A model generated the notes under the pieces. It did not search any database and had not been told where the DNA came from. It worked only from the letters and a program-made list of their open reading frames with translations. A stretch of 64,000 bases of DNA from Candidatus Limnocylindria bacterium (GTDB lineage Bacteria > Chloroflexota > Limnocylindria > Limnocylindrales > CSP1-4): positions 4,917-68,916 of the forward strand of contig JBKHXL010000014.1 of assembly GCA_046566045.1 (NCBI GenBank). Reading direction: 5' to 3'. Shown one piece after another: positions 20,004 to 28,424 of the stretch. The first letter of the stretch is position 1. Each line of letters starts with the position of its first letter. The position numbers were made by a program, and so were the translations under genes.

Positions 20004-20795
20004 TCAGCCGATCGTCCCCGGCTCTCGCGGCGGGTCGAGCGCCTCGGCGACGGCTCGAGCCGCGCCGGGCAGCAGCCCGACCACGAGGGAACGCCAGCGG
20101 CGCCCGCAGCGGGCGGCCGGACCGATCACCCCGATGGCGGCCAGGATCCCGTCCGGGCCCATGACCGGCGCGGCGACGGCCACCGAGCCTCGGATCGACT
20201 CGCCCTCGCTGACCGCCAGGCCGGTCGCCGCGATCGCGTCGAGCTCCGCCGGTAGCCGCGCGGCGTCGGGCGTCGAGGCCGTCAGGCGGACGAGGTCCGA
20301 GCGGAGGACGGTTTCGCGGATGTCGATCGGCGCGAACGCCAGGAGGACCTTGGACAGGGCTCCGGCATGGAGCGGCGACGAGGTCCCGGGGTCCAGGCTG
20401 ACCCGCAGCGGCTGCGCCGACTCGACCTGGTGGAGGCGCATCGCCGCCAGACCGACCCGTCGGCTGATGACGGCGGTCTCGCCGGTGCGCCGTGCAAGGT
20501 CGTCGAGGACCGGGCCGGCGGCCTGGATGAGGGCAGCGGCCGTCACGGTCTCGCCGCTTTCGATGACGAGGCGGGCGCCCAGCCGGTAACCGGCCCCGTG
20601 CCGTTCGGTGAAGCCGAACTCGGTCAGGGTGCGCAGGTAGCGGTAGATGGTCGAGATCGGCGTGTCGAGCAGCGCCGACAGCTCGTCCGCCCGGATCTCG
20701 CCGCGGTCGGCCACGGTCAGGAGGACGCGCAGGCCGCGGGCGAACGACGAGTCCTCACCGGCTTCCTCGGGCGGTCGGTCCAGCGCGGTGCTCAT
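20004..20795 (-). CDS. IclR family transcriptional regulator
   Basis: 263 aa from ATG 20795. N-terminal wHTH (LRVLLTVADRGEIRADELSALLDTPISTIYRYLRTLTEFGF) followed by an IclR effector domain. It is divergent from the enolase-superfamily gene. Confidence 0.85.
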   Translation of the reverse strand: MSTALDRPPEEAGEDSSFARGLRVLLTVADRGEIRADELSALLDTPISTIYRYLRTLTEFGFTERHGAGYRLGARLVIESGETVTAAALIQAAGPVLDDLARRTGETAVISRRVGLAAMRLHQVESAQPLRVSLDPGTSSPLHAGALSKVLLAFAPIDIRETVLRSDLVRLTASTPDAARLPAELDAIAATGLAVSEGESIRGSVAVAAPVMGPDGILAAIGVIGPAARCGRRWRSLVVGLLPGAARAVAEALDPPREPGTIG

Positions 20796-20847
20796 GATGT
20801 CGGCCGACAGTACCCCAATCGACCGGGGTCGGCGATACTGCGCGACG

Positions 20848-21957
20848 ATGCGCATCACCGCGATCCGCCTGGAGCGCCTGGTCGTCCCGCTCGATCCGCC
20901 GTTCCCGGCGGCGTGGGATCCCGTGCCGCGCACCCGATCCCACGTGACCATCGTGCGGGTCGAGACCGACGAGGGCGTGGTCGGCATCGGCTCGGGCGAC
21001 ACGATGGACGGGTTCGAGGCGTTCGAGCACCTGTTCATCGGGGAGGACCCGCTGGCCATCGTCCGGCACGTCCGGGTCCTCGAGACGATCGACTTCCACG
21101 CCGGTCGCTACTGGCCGCTGGAGGTCGCCCTGTGGGACATCATCGGCACCGTCGCCGGCCTGCCCGTGGCCACCCTGTTCGGCGGGGCGAGCGACGGCAT
21201 CCCCGCCTACGCGTCGTGCGGGTCGCTGCTGGCGCCCGCGGCACGGGCGGAATCGGCGCTGCGGATGCGCGAGGAGGGCTTCCGTGCCCTGAAGATCCGG
21301 ATCGATCCGCGCCGGCTCGATGAAGGTCTGGCCGCCGTCGCCGCGACGCGCGTCGCGGTCGAGGACTCGATGGCCATCATGGTCGACCTCAACCAGGGCT
21401 GGCGGATGGCCGGTGACGTGTCGCCATCGCTCGGTCCGGCCGATGCCCGCCGGATCGTGGCCCGCCTGGCCGACTACGACGTCCTGTGGGTCGAGGAACC
21501 GCTGGCCGGGACGGACCTGCGCGGCCTGGCCGGCCTGCGCGCGACGTCGCCCGGCCCGCGCATCGCCGGCGGCGAGATGACCAGGACGTTCGCGGAGGCC
21601 CTGGCCGCCCTCGACGCGGACGCCTTCGACGTGGTGCAGAGCGACGTCGTTCTGGCCGCCGGGATGCTCCGGACGCGCACGGTGGGGGAGCTGGCCCTCG
21701 CTCGCAACCGCTGGTTCACGCCCCACACCTGGACGAACGGGATCGGGCTGCTGGCCAACCTGCACGTCGCCGCGGGGGTCGGCGGGGGACCGTTCATCGA
21801 GTTCCCGTACGATCCGCCGGGCTGGACCCCGGAGCGCCGCGACGCGATGCTGGCCGAGCCGGTCCGGCCCGACCGCGACGGCGTCCTGCGCGTGCCCGCC
21901 ATGCCAGGCCTCGGCATCACCCTGGACGAAGCGGCCATCGCGAGGTACCGGGCATGA
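20848..21957 (+). CDS. Enolase-superfamily enzyme (mandelate racemase / muconate lactonizing enzyme family)
   Basis: 369 aa. The metal-ligand and catalytic pattern is typical of MR/MLE (KIRIDP..., MVDLNQGW, DVLWVEEP, DVVQSD). Possibly an amino-acid-betaine epimerase or dehydratase, given the context. Confidence 0.8.
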   Translation: MRITAIRLERLVVPLDPPFPAAWDPVPRTRSHVTIVRVETDEGVVGIGSGDTMDGFEAFEHLFIGEDPLAIVRHVRVLETIDFHAGRYWPLEVALWDIIGTVAGLPVATLFGGASDGIPAYASCGSLLAPAARAESALRMREEGFRALKIRIDPRRLDEGLAAVAATRVAVEDSMAIMVDLNQGWRMAGDVSPSLGPADARRIVARLADYDVLWVEEPLAGTDLRGLAGLRATSPGPRIAGGEMTRTFAEALAALDADAFDVVQSDVVLAAGMLRTRTVGELALARNRWFTPHTWTNGIGLLANLHVAAGVGGGPFIEFPYDPPGWTPERRDAMLAEPVRPDRDGVLRVPAMPGLGITLDEAAIARYRA

Positions 21958-23465
21958 CTCCCGCCAGCACCCTGACCGCCGCCGACTGGCTCGAGCGGGC
22001 CGCCGCTCTCGCGCCGCGCAGCGAGCTGTTCATCGACGGGCGGTTCGTGCCGGCCGCGTCCGGTCGGACGTTCGACGACATCGCCGGTCGGGACGGGTCG
22101 GTCATCGCAGCCGTCGCCGATGGCGACACCGAGGACGTGGACCGCGCGGTCGCCGCGGCCCGTCGCTCGTTCGACGACCGGCGCTGGGCCGACCGCTCGC
22201 CGGCCGCGCGCAAGGCGATCCTGCTGCGCCTGGCCGAGCTGATCCGCGCGAACCTCGAGGAGCTGGCGCTGCTCGAGTCGCTCGATGTCGGCAAGCCGAT
22301 CCGCGACACGCTGTCGGTGGACGTGCCGTCGGCGGCCAGGACCATCCAGTGGTACGCCGAGACCATCGACAAGGTCTACGGCGAGATCGGTCCGACGGCC
22401 CCGGGATCGCTGTCGCTGGTCACCCGCGAGCCGATCGGCGTGGTCGGGGCGATCGTGCCCTGGAACTACCCGTTGATCATCACCGCCTGGAAGCTCGGCG
22501 CAGCCCTGGCGACCGGCAACAGCGTGGTGCTGAAGCCGGCGTCGCAGTCGCCGCTCAGCGCCCTGCGGCTGGCAGAGCTGGCGGCCGAAGCCGGCCTGCC
22601 CGCTGGCGTGCTCAACGTCGTGACCGGCCCGGGCGCGGTCATCGGCGACGCGCTGGCGCGCCATCCGGGCGTGGACAAGATCGCCTTCACCGGCTCGACG
22701 GAGGTCGGCAAGTCGCTCCTGCGCGCGATCGGCGACAGCGACGTCAAGGCCATCTCGCTCGAACTCGGCGGCAAGAGCCCGCAGGTCGTCCTGGCCGACG
22801 TGGGCGATCTCGAGGCCGCGGCCAGCGCGATCGGCTGGGGGATCTTCTACAACAGCGGGCAGACGTGCAACGCGGGCTCGCGCCTGGTCGTCCATCGCAG
22901 CGTCCGCGACGAGCTCGTCGAGCGGATCGCGGCGCTCGGGCGGGAGCTCAGCCCCGGCGAGCCGCTCGATCCGGCGACCCAGCTCGGCTCGATCGTGGAC
23001 GCTCGGCAGCTCGACCGGGTGCTGGGCTACATCCGCCTCGGCGAGGCGGAGGGGGCGACGGTCGTGGCGGGCGGCCGGCGGGTGCGCGAGGACAGCGGCG
23101 GGTACTTCGTGCCGCCGACCATCCTCGACGGCGTGTCCAACGACTGGCGGGTGGCCCGCGAGGAGATCTTCGGGCCGGTCCTGACCGTGACCGAGTTCGA
23201 GGACGAGGCCGACGCACTGCGCATCGCCAACGACACGCCGTTCGGGCTCGCGGCGGGCCTGTGGACCCGCGACGTCAACAAGGCGCACCGCCTGTCCCGC
23301 GCCATCCGGGCCGGCATCGTCTTCGTCAACACGTTCGACACGGCCGACGTGACCGTCCCGTTCGGCGGGTTCAAGCAGTCGGGCTTCGGGCGCGACAAGT
23401 CGCTCCATGCGCTCGACGGCTACACCCAGCTCAAGACGACCTGGTTCGACCTGAGCGGGGAGTGA
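21954..23465 (+). CDS. NAD(P)-dependent aldehyde dehydrogenase
   Basis: 503 aa with the ALDH signatures ELGGKSP, the catalytic Cys context FYNSGQTCNAGSR, and EEIFGPV. ATGA overlap with the upstream gene. Confidence 0.9.
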   Translation: MTPASTLTAADWLERAAALAPRSELFIDGRFVPAASGRTFDDIAGRDGSVIAAVADGDTEDVDRAVAAARRSFDDRRWADRSPAARKAILLRLAELIRANLEELALLESLDVGKPIRDTLSVDVPSAARTIQWYAETIDKVYGEIGPTAPGSLSLVTREPIGVVGAIVPWNYPLIITAWKLGAALATGNSVVLKPASQSPLSALRLAELAAEAGLPAGVLNVVTGPGAVIGDALARHPGVDKIAFTGSTEVGKSLLRAIGDSDVKAISLELGGKSPQVVLADVGDLEAAASAIGWGIFYNSGQTCNAGSRLVVHRSVRDELVERIAALGRELSPGEPLDPATQLGSIVDARQLDRVLGYIRLGEAEGATVVAGGRRVREDSGGYFVPPTILDGVSNDWRVAREEIFGPVLTVTEFEDEADALRIANDTPFGLAAGLWTRDVNKAHRLSRAIRAGIVFVNTFDTADVTVPFGGFKQSGFGRDKSLHALDGYTQLKTTWFDLSGE

Positions 23466-23588
23466 GGGCGGGCAGGCCCGCGTGGTGGCCCTGCGCCACA
23501 TCGTGGTACAGCGCGCCGGGACGCGGCGCGATATCGTGCGGGGCAGACCCCGCCGCCCCGGGCCGGTCCACCTGACGAGGTAGCACGC

Positions 23589-25154
23589 GTGACCGACAAC
23601 GAGCTCCCGGCCGGGGGCCCCGCGCCCCGACGCCGCGGCGGCGGTCGCCTGGGACACGATCGGCCGTCCGGCCCGCCGCAGCGGCCGTGGGCCCAGCCGC
23701 GCCTGGGCTTCCGCCCCACCGAGCTGCTGTCGGCGGACGAGCTCGAGTCGATCCACCTCGCGTCGCTGCGGATCCTGGCCGAGATCGGCATGGACTTCCT
23801 CGACGCGGACGCTCGCCAGGCGCTGCGCGCCGCGGGGGCCGAGACCTCGCCCGACAGCCAGCGCGTCCGCTTCGACCCGGACCTCGTGATCGAACGCATC
23901 CGGACCGCCCCGCCCGAGTTCACCCTGCACGCCCCCAACCCGGACCGCCACCTGCGCATCGGCGGCGACTGGCTGGCCTTCGGGACCGTCGGGAGCCCGC
24001 CCAACGTGGCCGACCTCGACCGCGGCCGGCGGATCGGCAACCGCGAGGACTACCAGAACCTGCTCCGCCTCGGCCAATCCCTGACGCCGGTCCACTTCCT
24101 GGCCGGCTACCCGGTCGAGCCCGTGGACCTCCACCACGGCGTGCGCCATCTGCACGCCACGTTCGACGCCCTGACCCTCATGGACAAGGCGATCCACTGC
24201 TACAGCCTCGGCCGGCAGCGCAACCTCGACGTCCTCGAGATGGTGCGCATCGTGCGCGGCATCGACGAGGCGACCGTGGACCGCGAGCCGTCCGTCTTCA
24301 CCGTGGTCAACTCGAGCTCGCCGCTGCGCCTCGACGCGCCGATGCTGCAGGGCATCATGGCCTTCGCCGCGCGCAACCAGGTCGTGTGCATCACCCCGTT
24401 CACGCTCAGCGGCGCGATGGCCCCCGTGACCCTCGCCGGCGCCCTGGCCCAGCAGAACGCCGAGGCGCTGGCGGGCATGGTCCTGACCCAGGTGGTGCGA
24501 CCGGGGGCGCCGGTCATCTACGGCGGCTTCACCTCGAACGTGGACATGCAGTCGGGGGCGCCGGCCTTCGGCACGCCCGAGTACATGCGCACGGCGATGA
24601 TCGGCGGGCAGCTCGCCCGGCGCTACGGCGTGCCGTACCGGAGCTCGAACGTGTGCGCCGCGAACGCGCTCGATGCGCAGGCCGCCTACGAGAGCGTGTT
24701 CAGCCTGTGGGGCGCGATCATGGGCGGGGTCAACCTGCTGATGCACGGGGCCGGCTGGATGGAGGGCGGCCTGCACGCGAGCTACGAGAAGATGATCCTC
24801 GACGCCGAGCTGCTGGGGATGGTCGAGGCGTTCCTCGACCCGGTCGTGGTGGACGACGACACGCTCGGTTTCGAGGCCATGCAGGAGGTCGGTCCGGGCG
24901 GCCACTTCTTCGGCGCGGCGCATACCCAGTCGCGCTTCAAGACGGCGTTCCACAAGCCGATGCTCAGCGACTGGCGCAACTACGAGACGTGGCAGGAGGC
25001 CGGCTCCCCGGAGGTGCCGGGCAAGGCCAACCGCATCTGGAAAGAGTTGCTGGCGAGCTACGAGCCACCGCCCATGGACGCGGCCGTGCGCGAGGAGCTC
25101 GAGGCGTTCGTCGCCCGGCGCGTGGCCGAGGGCGGCGTCCCGACGGATTACTAG
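23589..25154 (+). CDS. MttB-family (trimethylamine methyltransferase superfamily, non-pyrrolysine) quaternary-amine:corrinoid methyltransferase homolog
   Basis: 521 aa with a TIM-barrel MttB-type sequence throughout (LSADELESIHLASLRILAEIGMDF ... C-terminal KANRIWKELLASYEPPPMD). No in-frame amber codon. No corrinoid-protein or MtgA-like gene lies nearby. Confidence 0.75.
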   Translation: MTDNELPAGGPAPRRRGGGRLGHDRPSGPPQRPWAQPRLGFRPTELLSADELESIHLASLRILAEIGMDFLDADARQALRAAGAETSPDSQRVRFDPDLVIERIRTAPPEFTLHAPNPDRHLRIGGDWLAFGTVGSPPNVADLDRGRRIGNREDYQNLLRLGQSLTPVHFLAGYPVEPVDLHHGVRHLHATFDALTLMDKAIHCYSLGRQRNLDVLEMVRIVRGIDEATVDREPSVFTVVNSSSPLRLDAPMLQGIMAFAARNQVVCITPFTLSGAMAPVTLAGALAQQNAEALAGMVLTQVVRPGAPVIYGGFTSNVDMQSGAPAFGTPEYMRTAMIGGQLARRYGVPYRSSNVCAANALDAQAAYESVFSLWGAIMGGVNLLMHGAGWMEGGLHASYEKMILDAELLGMVEAFLDPVVVDDDTLGFEAMQEVGPGGHFFGAAHTQSRFKTAFHKPMLSDWRNYETWQEAGSPEVPGKANRIWKELLASYEPPPMDAAVREELEAFVARRVAEGGVPTDY

Positions 25155-25230
25155 CGATGCGCTACGGCACGTCGATCGACCAGGTCCGACCGGGATCGAC
25201 CTGCGACTGGTCGACGACTAGTCTACGTTC

Positions 25231-25470
25231 ATGAAGACCATCGGTTCGTACGCAGCCAAGACGCACCTGCCACGCCTGCTCGATGAGGTGGAGCGGGGAG
25301 AGCGGATCACCATCACGAAGCATGGGCGGCCCGTCGCGATGCTCGTGCCCCCCGGGACGACGGCGGCGGTCGACGCCGAGGCACTGATCGGCTGGATGCG
25401 CGAGTTCCGCAGAGACCACCCCCTCGATGGCGCGACCATCCGGGACTTGATCGACGACGGACGTCGCTGA
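25231..25470 (+). CDS. Type II antitoxin, Phd/YefM (VapB-like) family
   Basis: 79 aa. MKTIGSYAAKTHLPRLLDEVERGERITITKHGRPVAMLVP is the canonical Phd/YefM N-terminus. Its stop overlaps the toxin start (TGATG). Confidence 0.85.
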   Translation: MKTIGSYAAKTHLPRLLDEVERGERITITKHGRPVAMLVPPGTTAAVDAEALIGWMREFRRDHPLDGATIRDLIDDGRR

Positions 25471-25877
25471 TGTTCGTCGTCGATGCGTCAGTCATCCTCG
25501 CGTGGAGCCTTGAAGATAAGTCGAGCGAAGCAGCGGAATCGGCGGTCGAGCGCCTCCTCGCGGAGGGCGGCCTCGCTCCTGCGCATTGGCCGCTCGAGAT
25601 CGCGAACGGCCTCCGATCGGCCGAGCGTCGCGGGTGGATCGACGAGCCGTCCATCCGTCGACTGGCGGCCAGACTTGCCGGGCTCCCGGTCGACATCGCG
25701 CCGGTCGAACTGTCGACGGCCCTGGGCGTCATCGCGGCGGCTCGCCGTCATGACCTCTCCGTGTACGACGCTGCCTACCTCGATCTCGCCGATGTTCGTG
25801 GGCTCCCCCTCGCGACCGTCGACGATCGACTCGCCCGTGCATGCCGCGCGGCCGGCGTGCCGCTGATCAGCGACTGA
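25470..25877 (+). CDS. vapC: PIN-domain ribonuclease toxin VapC
   Basis: 135 aa. MFVVDASVILAW starts the PIN fold, with acidic residues at the expected positions (D5, E..., D...). Confidence 0.85.
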   Translation: MFVVDASVILAWSLEDKSSEAAESAVERLLAEGGLAPAHWPLEIANGLRSAERRGWIDEPSIRRLAARLAGLPVDIAPVELSTALGVIAAARRHDLSVYDAAYLDLADVRGLPLATVDDRLARACRAAGVPLISD

Positions 25878-25958
25878 TCACCGCGTGCATGAGTCTGACC
25901 CGCCGCCGCTCGCGATCGCTCGCGTAGGCTTCTGTCGTCATCAAGTCCGGAGGGCCCG

Positions 25959-28424
25959 TTGAAGCGAGAGACCCAGGTCGTCGTCATCGGTGGCGGTGTC
26001 GTCGGCGCGAGCGTCCTGTACCACCTGACCAGGCTTGGCTGGACCGACGTGATGCTCCTGGAGCGGCGCGAGCTGACCGCGGGTTCCACGTGGCACGCGG
26101 CCGGCGGGATGCACACCCTCAACGGCGACCCGAACGTGGCTCGCCTGCAGCAGTACACGATCCAGCTGTACGAGGAGATCCAGCGCAGCTCCGGCCAGGA
26201 CTGCTCGATCCACCTGCCGGGCGGCCTGATGCTGGCCGACACGGAGGTCCGCATGGACTTCCTGCGCATGGCGCAGGCGCGCGGTCGCTACCTGGGCATG
26301 GAGCTGGAACTCATCACGCCCAAGGAGGCGCAGGACCTCTTCCCCTTGCTCGATCCGCAGTACTTCGTCGGCGCCCTGTACGACCCGGTCGAGGGCCACG
26401 TCGACCCGTCCGGCGTGACCCGGGCGTACGCGAAGAGCGCCCAGCTGGCCGGCGCGGAGGTCCACCAGCACACGCCCGTCACGGGTCTGTCGCAGCGGAC
26501 CGATCGGACCTGGGACGTCGCGCTGGAGAACGGCGAGTCGATCCATGCCGAGCATGTCGTCAACTGCGGCGGCCTGTGGGCGCGCGAGGTGGGGCGGATG
26601 GTCGGCATCGAGCTGCCCGTCCTGGCCATGGAACACCACTACCTCATCACCGAGGACATGCCGGAGGTCGCCGCCCACGTCGCGCGGACCGGTCGCGAGA
26701 TGCCCATGGCCCTCGACTTCAAGGGCGAGATCTACATCCGCCAGGAGGGCGGGGCGATGCTGCTCGGTACGTACGAGCAGGCCTGCGTGCCGTGGTCGCC
26801 GAAGCAGACGCCGTGGGACTTCGGCTCACAGCTGCTGAAGCCCGACCTGGAGCGCCTGACGCCCGAGCTGTCGGTCGCGTTCAAGCACTACCCGGCCATG
26901 GGCACGACGGGGATCCGGCGCGTGGTCAACGGCCCGTTCACGTTCGCCCCGGACGGCAACCCGCTGGTCGGCCCGATCCGCGGGCTGCGGGGCTTCTGGG
27001 TCGCCTGCGGGGTCATGGCCGGGCTGTCCCAGGGCGGCGGTGTGGGCCTGGCCCTCGCCACCTGGATGACCGCCGGCGACCACGGCGACAGCGGCATGGA
27101 CATCTGGGGCATGGACGTCGCCCGCTTCGGCGACTACGCCACGCTGGCGTACACCAACGCCAAGGTCCAGGAGAACTACCGGCGCCGGTTCCGGATCACC
27201 TTCCCGAACGAGGAACTACCCGGCGCCCGGCCCCTGCTGACCACGCCGATCCACGACCGCCTGACCGCGGCCAACGCGGTCTGGGGCGCGACCTTCGGCC
27301 TGGAGCACGCCCTGTGGTTCCAGGAGCCCGGGCTCGAGCCGAAGGAGGAGGTCACCTTCCGGCGCTCGAACGCCTGGCCGCAGGTCGCCGCCGAGGTGCG
27401 GGCCGTCCGCGAGCGCGTCGGCATGACCGAGATCTCGAACTACGCCAAGTACCGCGTCACGGGCCCGGGCGCCGAGGCCTGGCTGTCGTCGCTGCTGACC
27501 GCGCGGATGCCGGCGCCCGGGCGCATCACCCTGACGGCGATGCTCAACGACGCGGGCCGCATCGTCGGGGAGTTCACGGTCGCCCGGGCGTCCGAGGCGG
27601 ACGAGTTCCACCTCTTCGGCTCGCTGCCGGCCGAGGTCCACCACTCGCGCTGGTTCATCCATCACCTGCCCGACGACGGGTCCGTGCGCTTCGAGGTCCT
27701 CGGGCTCGGCCTGGTGGGACTGTCCGTGGCCGGGCCGCGCTCGCGCGACGTGCTGCAGGCGGTCGCGCCCGACCTCGACCTGTCGACCGAGGGCTTCCCG
27801 TTCATGACCTTCCGGCGGGTGGACCTCGGGATGATCCCGGTCCATCTGGCTCGCATCAACTACGCCGGCGATCTGGGCTACGAGCTGTGGGTCGCGCCGC
27901 AGTACCAGCGCGCCCTGTTCGACGCGATCGTGGCCGCGGGCGAGCCCCACGGCCTGCGCCTGTTCGGGATGCGCGCCCTGATGTCGCTTCGCCTCGAGAA
28001 GAACTACGGCACGTGGTTCCGCGAGTACCGGCCGATCTACACGGTCCCGGAGGCCGGGCTGCAGCGCTACGTCCGCCTCGATCACGACTTCATCGGTCGC
28101 GAGGCGTACGAGCGCCAGCTGGCAAGCGCCGTCGAGCGCCGGCTCGTGGCCCTGGTCGTCGAGCCCGATCCGGACGACCCGGCCGACGTCATCGGCGACG
28201 AGCCGATCTGGCATCACGACGAGGTCGTGGGCTGGGTCACCTCCGGCGGGTACCTGCACAGTGCTGGCGCCTCGCTGGCGTTGGGCTACGTGCCGGCCGC
28301 GCTGGCCTCGCCGGATGGCCCGGGCGGCGACGGGTTCGAGATCGAGATCATCGGCCAGCGGCGGCCGGCGCGCCTCCAGCCGGAGCCGATGTTCGACCCG
28401 ACCGGCGCCCGGATGCGCCAGTGA
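25959..28424 (+). CDS. Dimethylglycine/sarcosine dehydrogenase family flavoenzyme (FAD-dependent oxidoreductase fused to a GcvT-like folate-binding domain)
   Basis: 821 aa. N-terminal VVVIGGGVVGASVLYHL dinucleotide fold with a covalent-FAD His context. The C-terminal aminomethyltransferase-like domain includes YAGDLGYELW. TTG start with GGAGGG about 7 nt upstream. Confidence 0.85.
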   Translation: MKRETQVVVIGGGVVGASVLYHLTRLGWTDVMLLERRELTAGSTWHAAGGMHTLNGDPNVARLQQYTIQLYEEIQRSSGQDCSIHLPGGLMLADTEVRMDFLRMAQARGRYLGMELELITPKEAQDLFPLLDPQYFVGALYDPVEGHVDPSGVTRAYAKSAQLAGAEVHQHTPVTGLSQRTDRTWDVALENGESIHAEHVVNCGGLWAREVGRMVGIELPVLAMEHHYLITEDMPEVAAHVARTGREMPMALDFKGEIYIRQEGGAMLLGTYEQACVPWSPKQTPWDFGSQLLKPDLERLTPELSVAFKHYPAMGTTGIRRVVNGPFTFAPDGNPLVGPIRGLRGFWVACGVMAGLSQGGGVGLALATWMTAGDHGDSGMDIWGMDVARFGDYATLAYTNAKVQENYRRRFRITFPNEELPGARPLLTTPIHDRLTAANAVWGATFGLEHALWFQEPGLEPKEEVTFRRSNAWPQVAAEVRAVRERVGMTEISNYAKYRVTGPGAEAWLSSLLTARMPAPGRITLTAMLNDAGRIVGEFTVARASEADEFHLFGSLPAEVHHSRWFIHHLPDDGSVRFEVLGLGLVGLSVAGPRSRDVLQAVAPDLDLSTEGFPFMTFRRVDLGMIPVHLARINYAGDLGYELWVAPQYQRALFDAIVAAGEPHGLRLFGMRALMSLRLEKNYGTWFREYRPIYTVPEAGLQRYVRLDHDFIGREAYERQLASAVERRLVALVVEPDPDDPADVIGDEPIWHHDEVVGWVTSGGYLHSAGASLALGYVPAALASPDGPGGDGFEIEIIGQRRPARLQPEPMFDPTGARMRQ

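Noticed and set aside
21474-24953. 1159-aa minus-strand ORF spanning the ALDH and mttB loci
   Set aside because: Antisense to two well-supported plus-strand genes. Its composition is dominated by Arg, Gly, Asp and His, and it has no domains.
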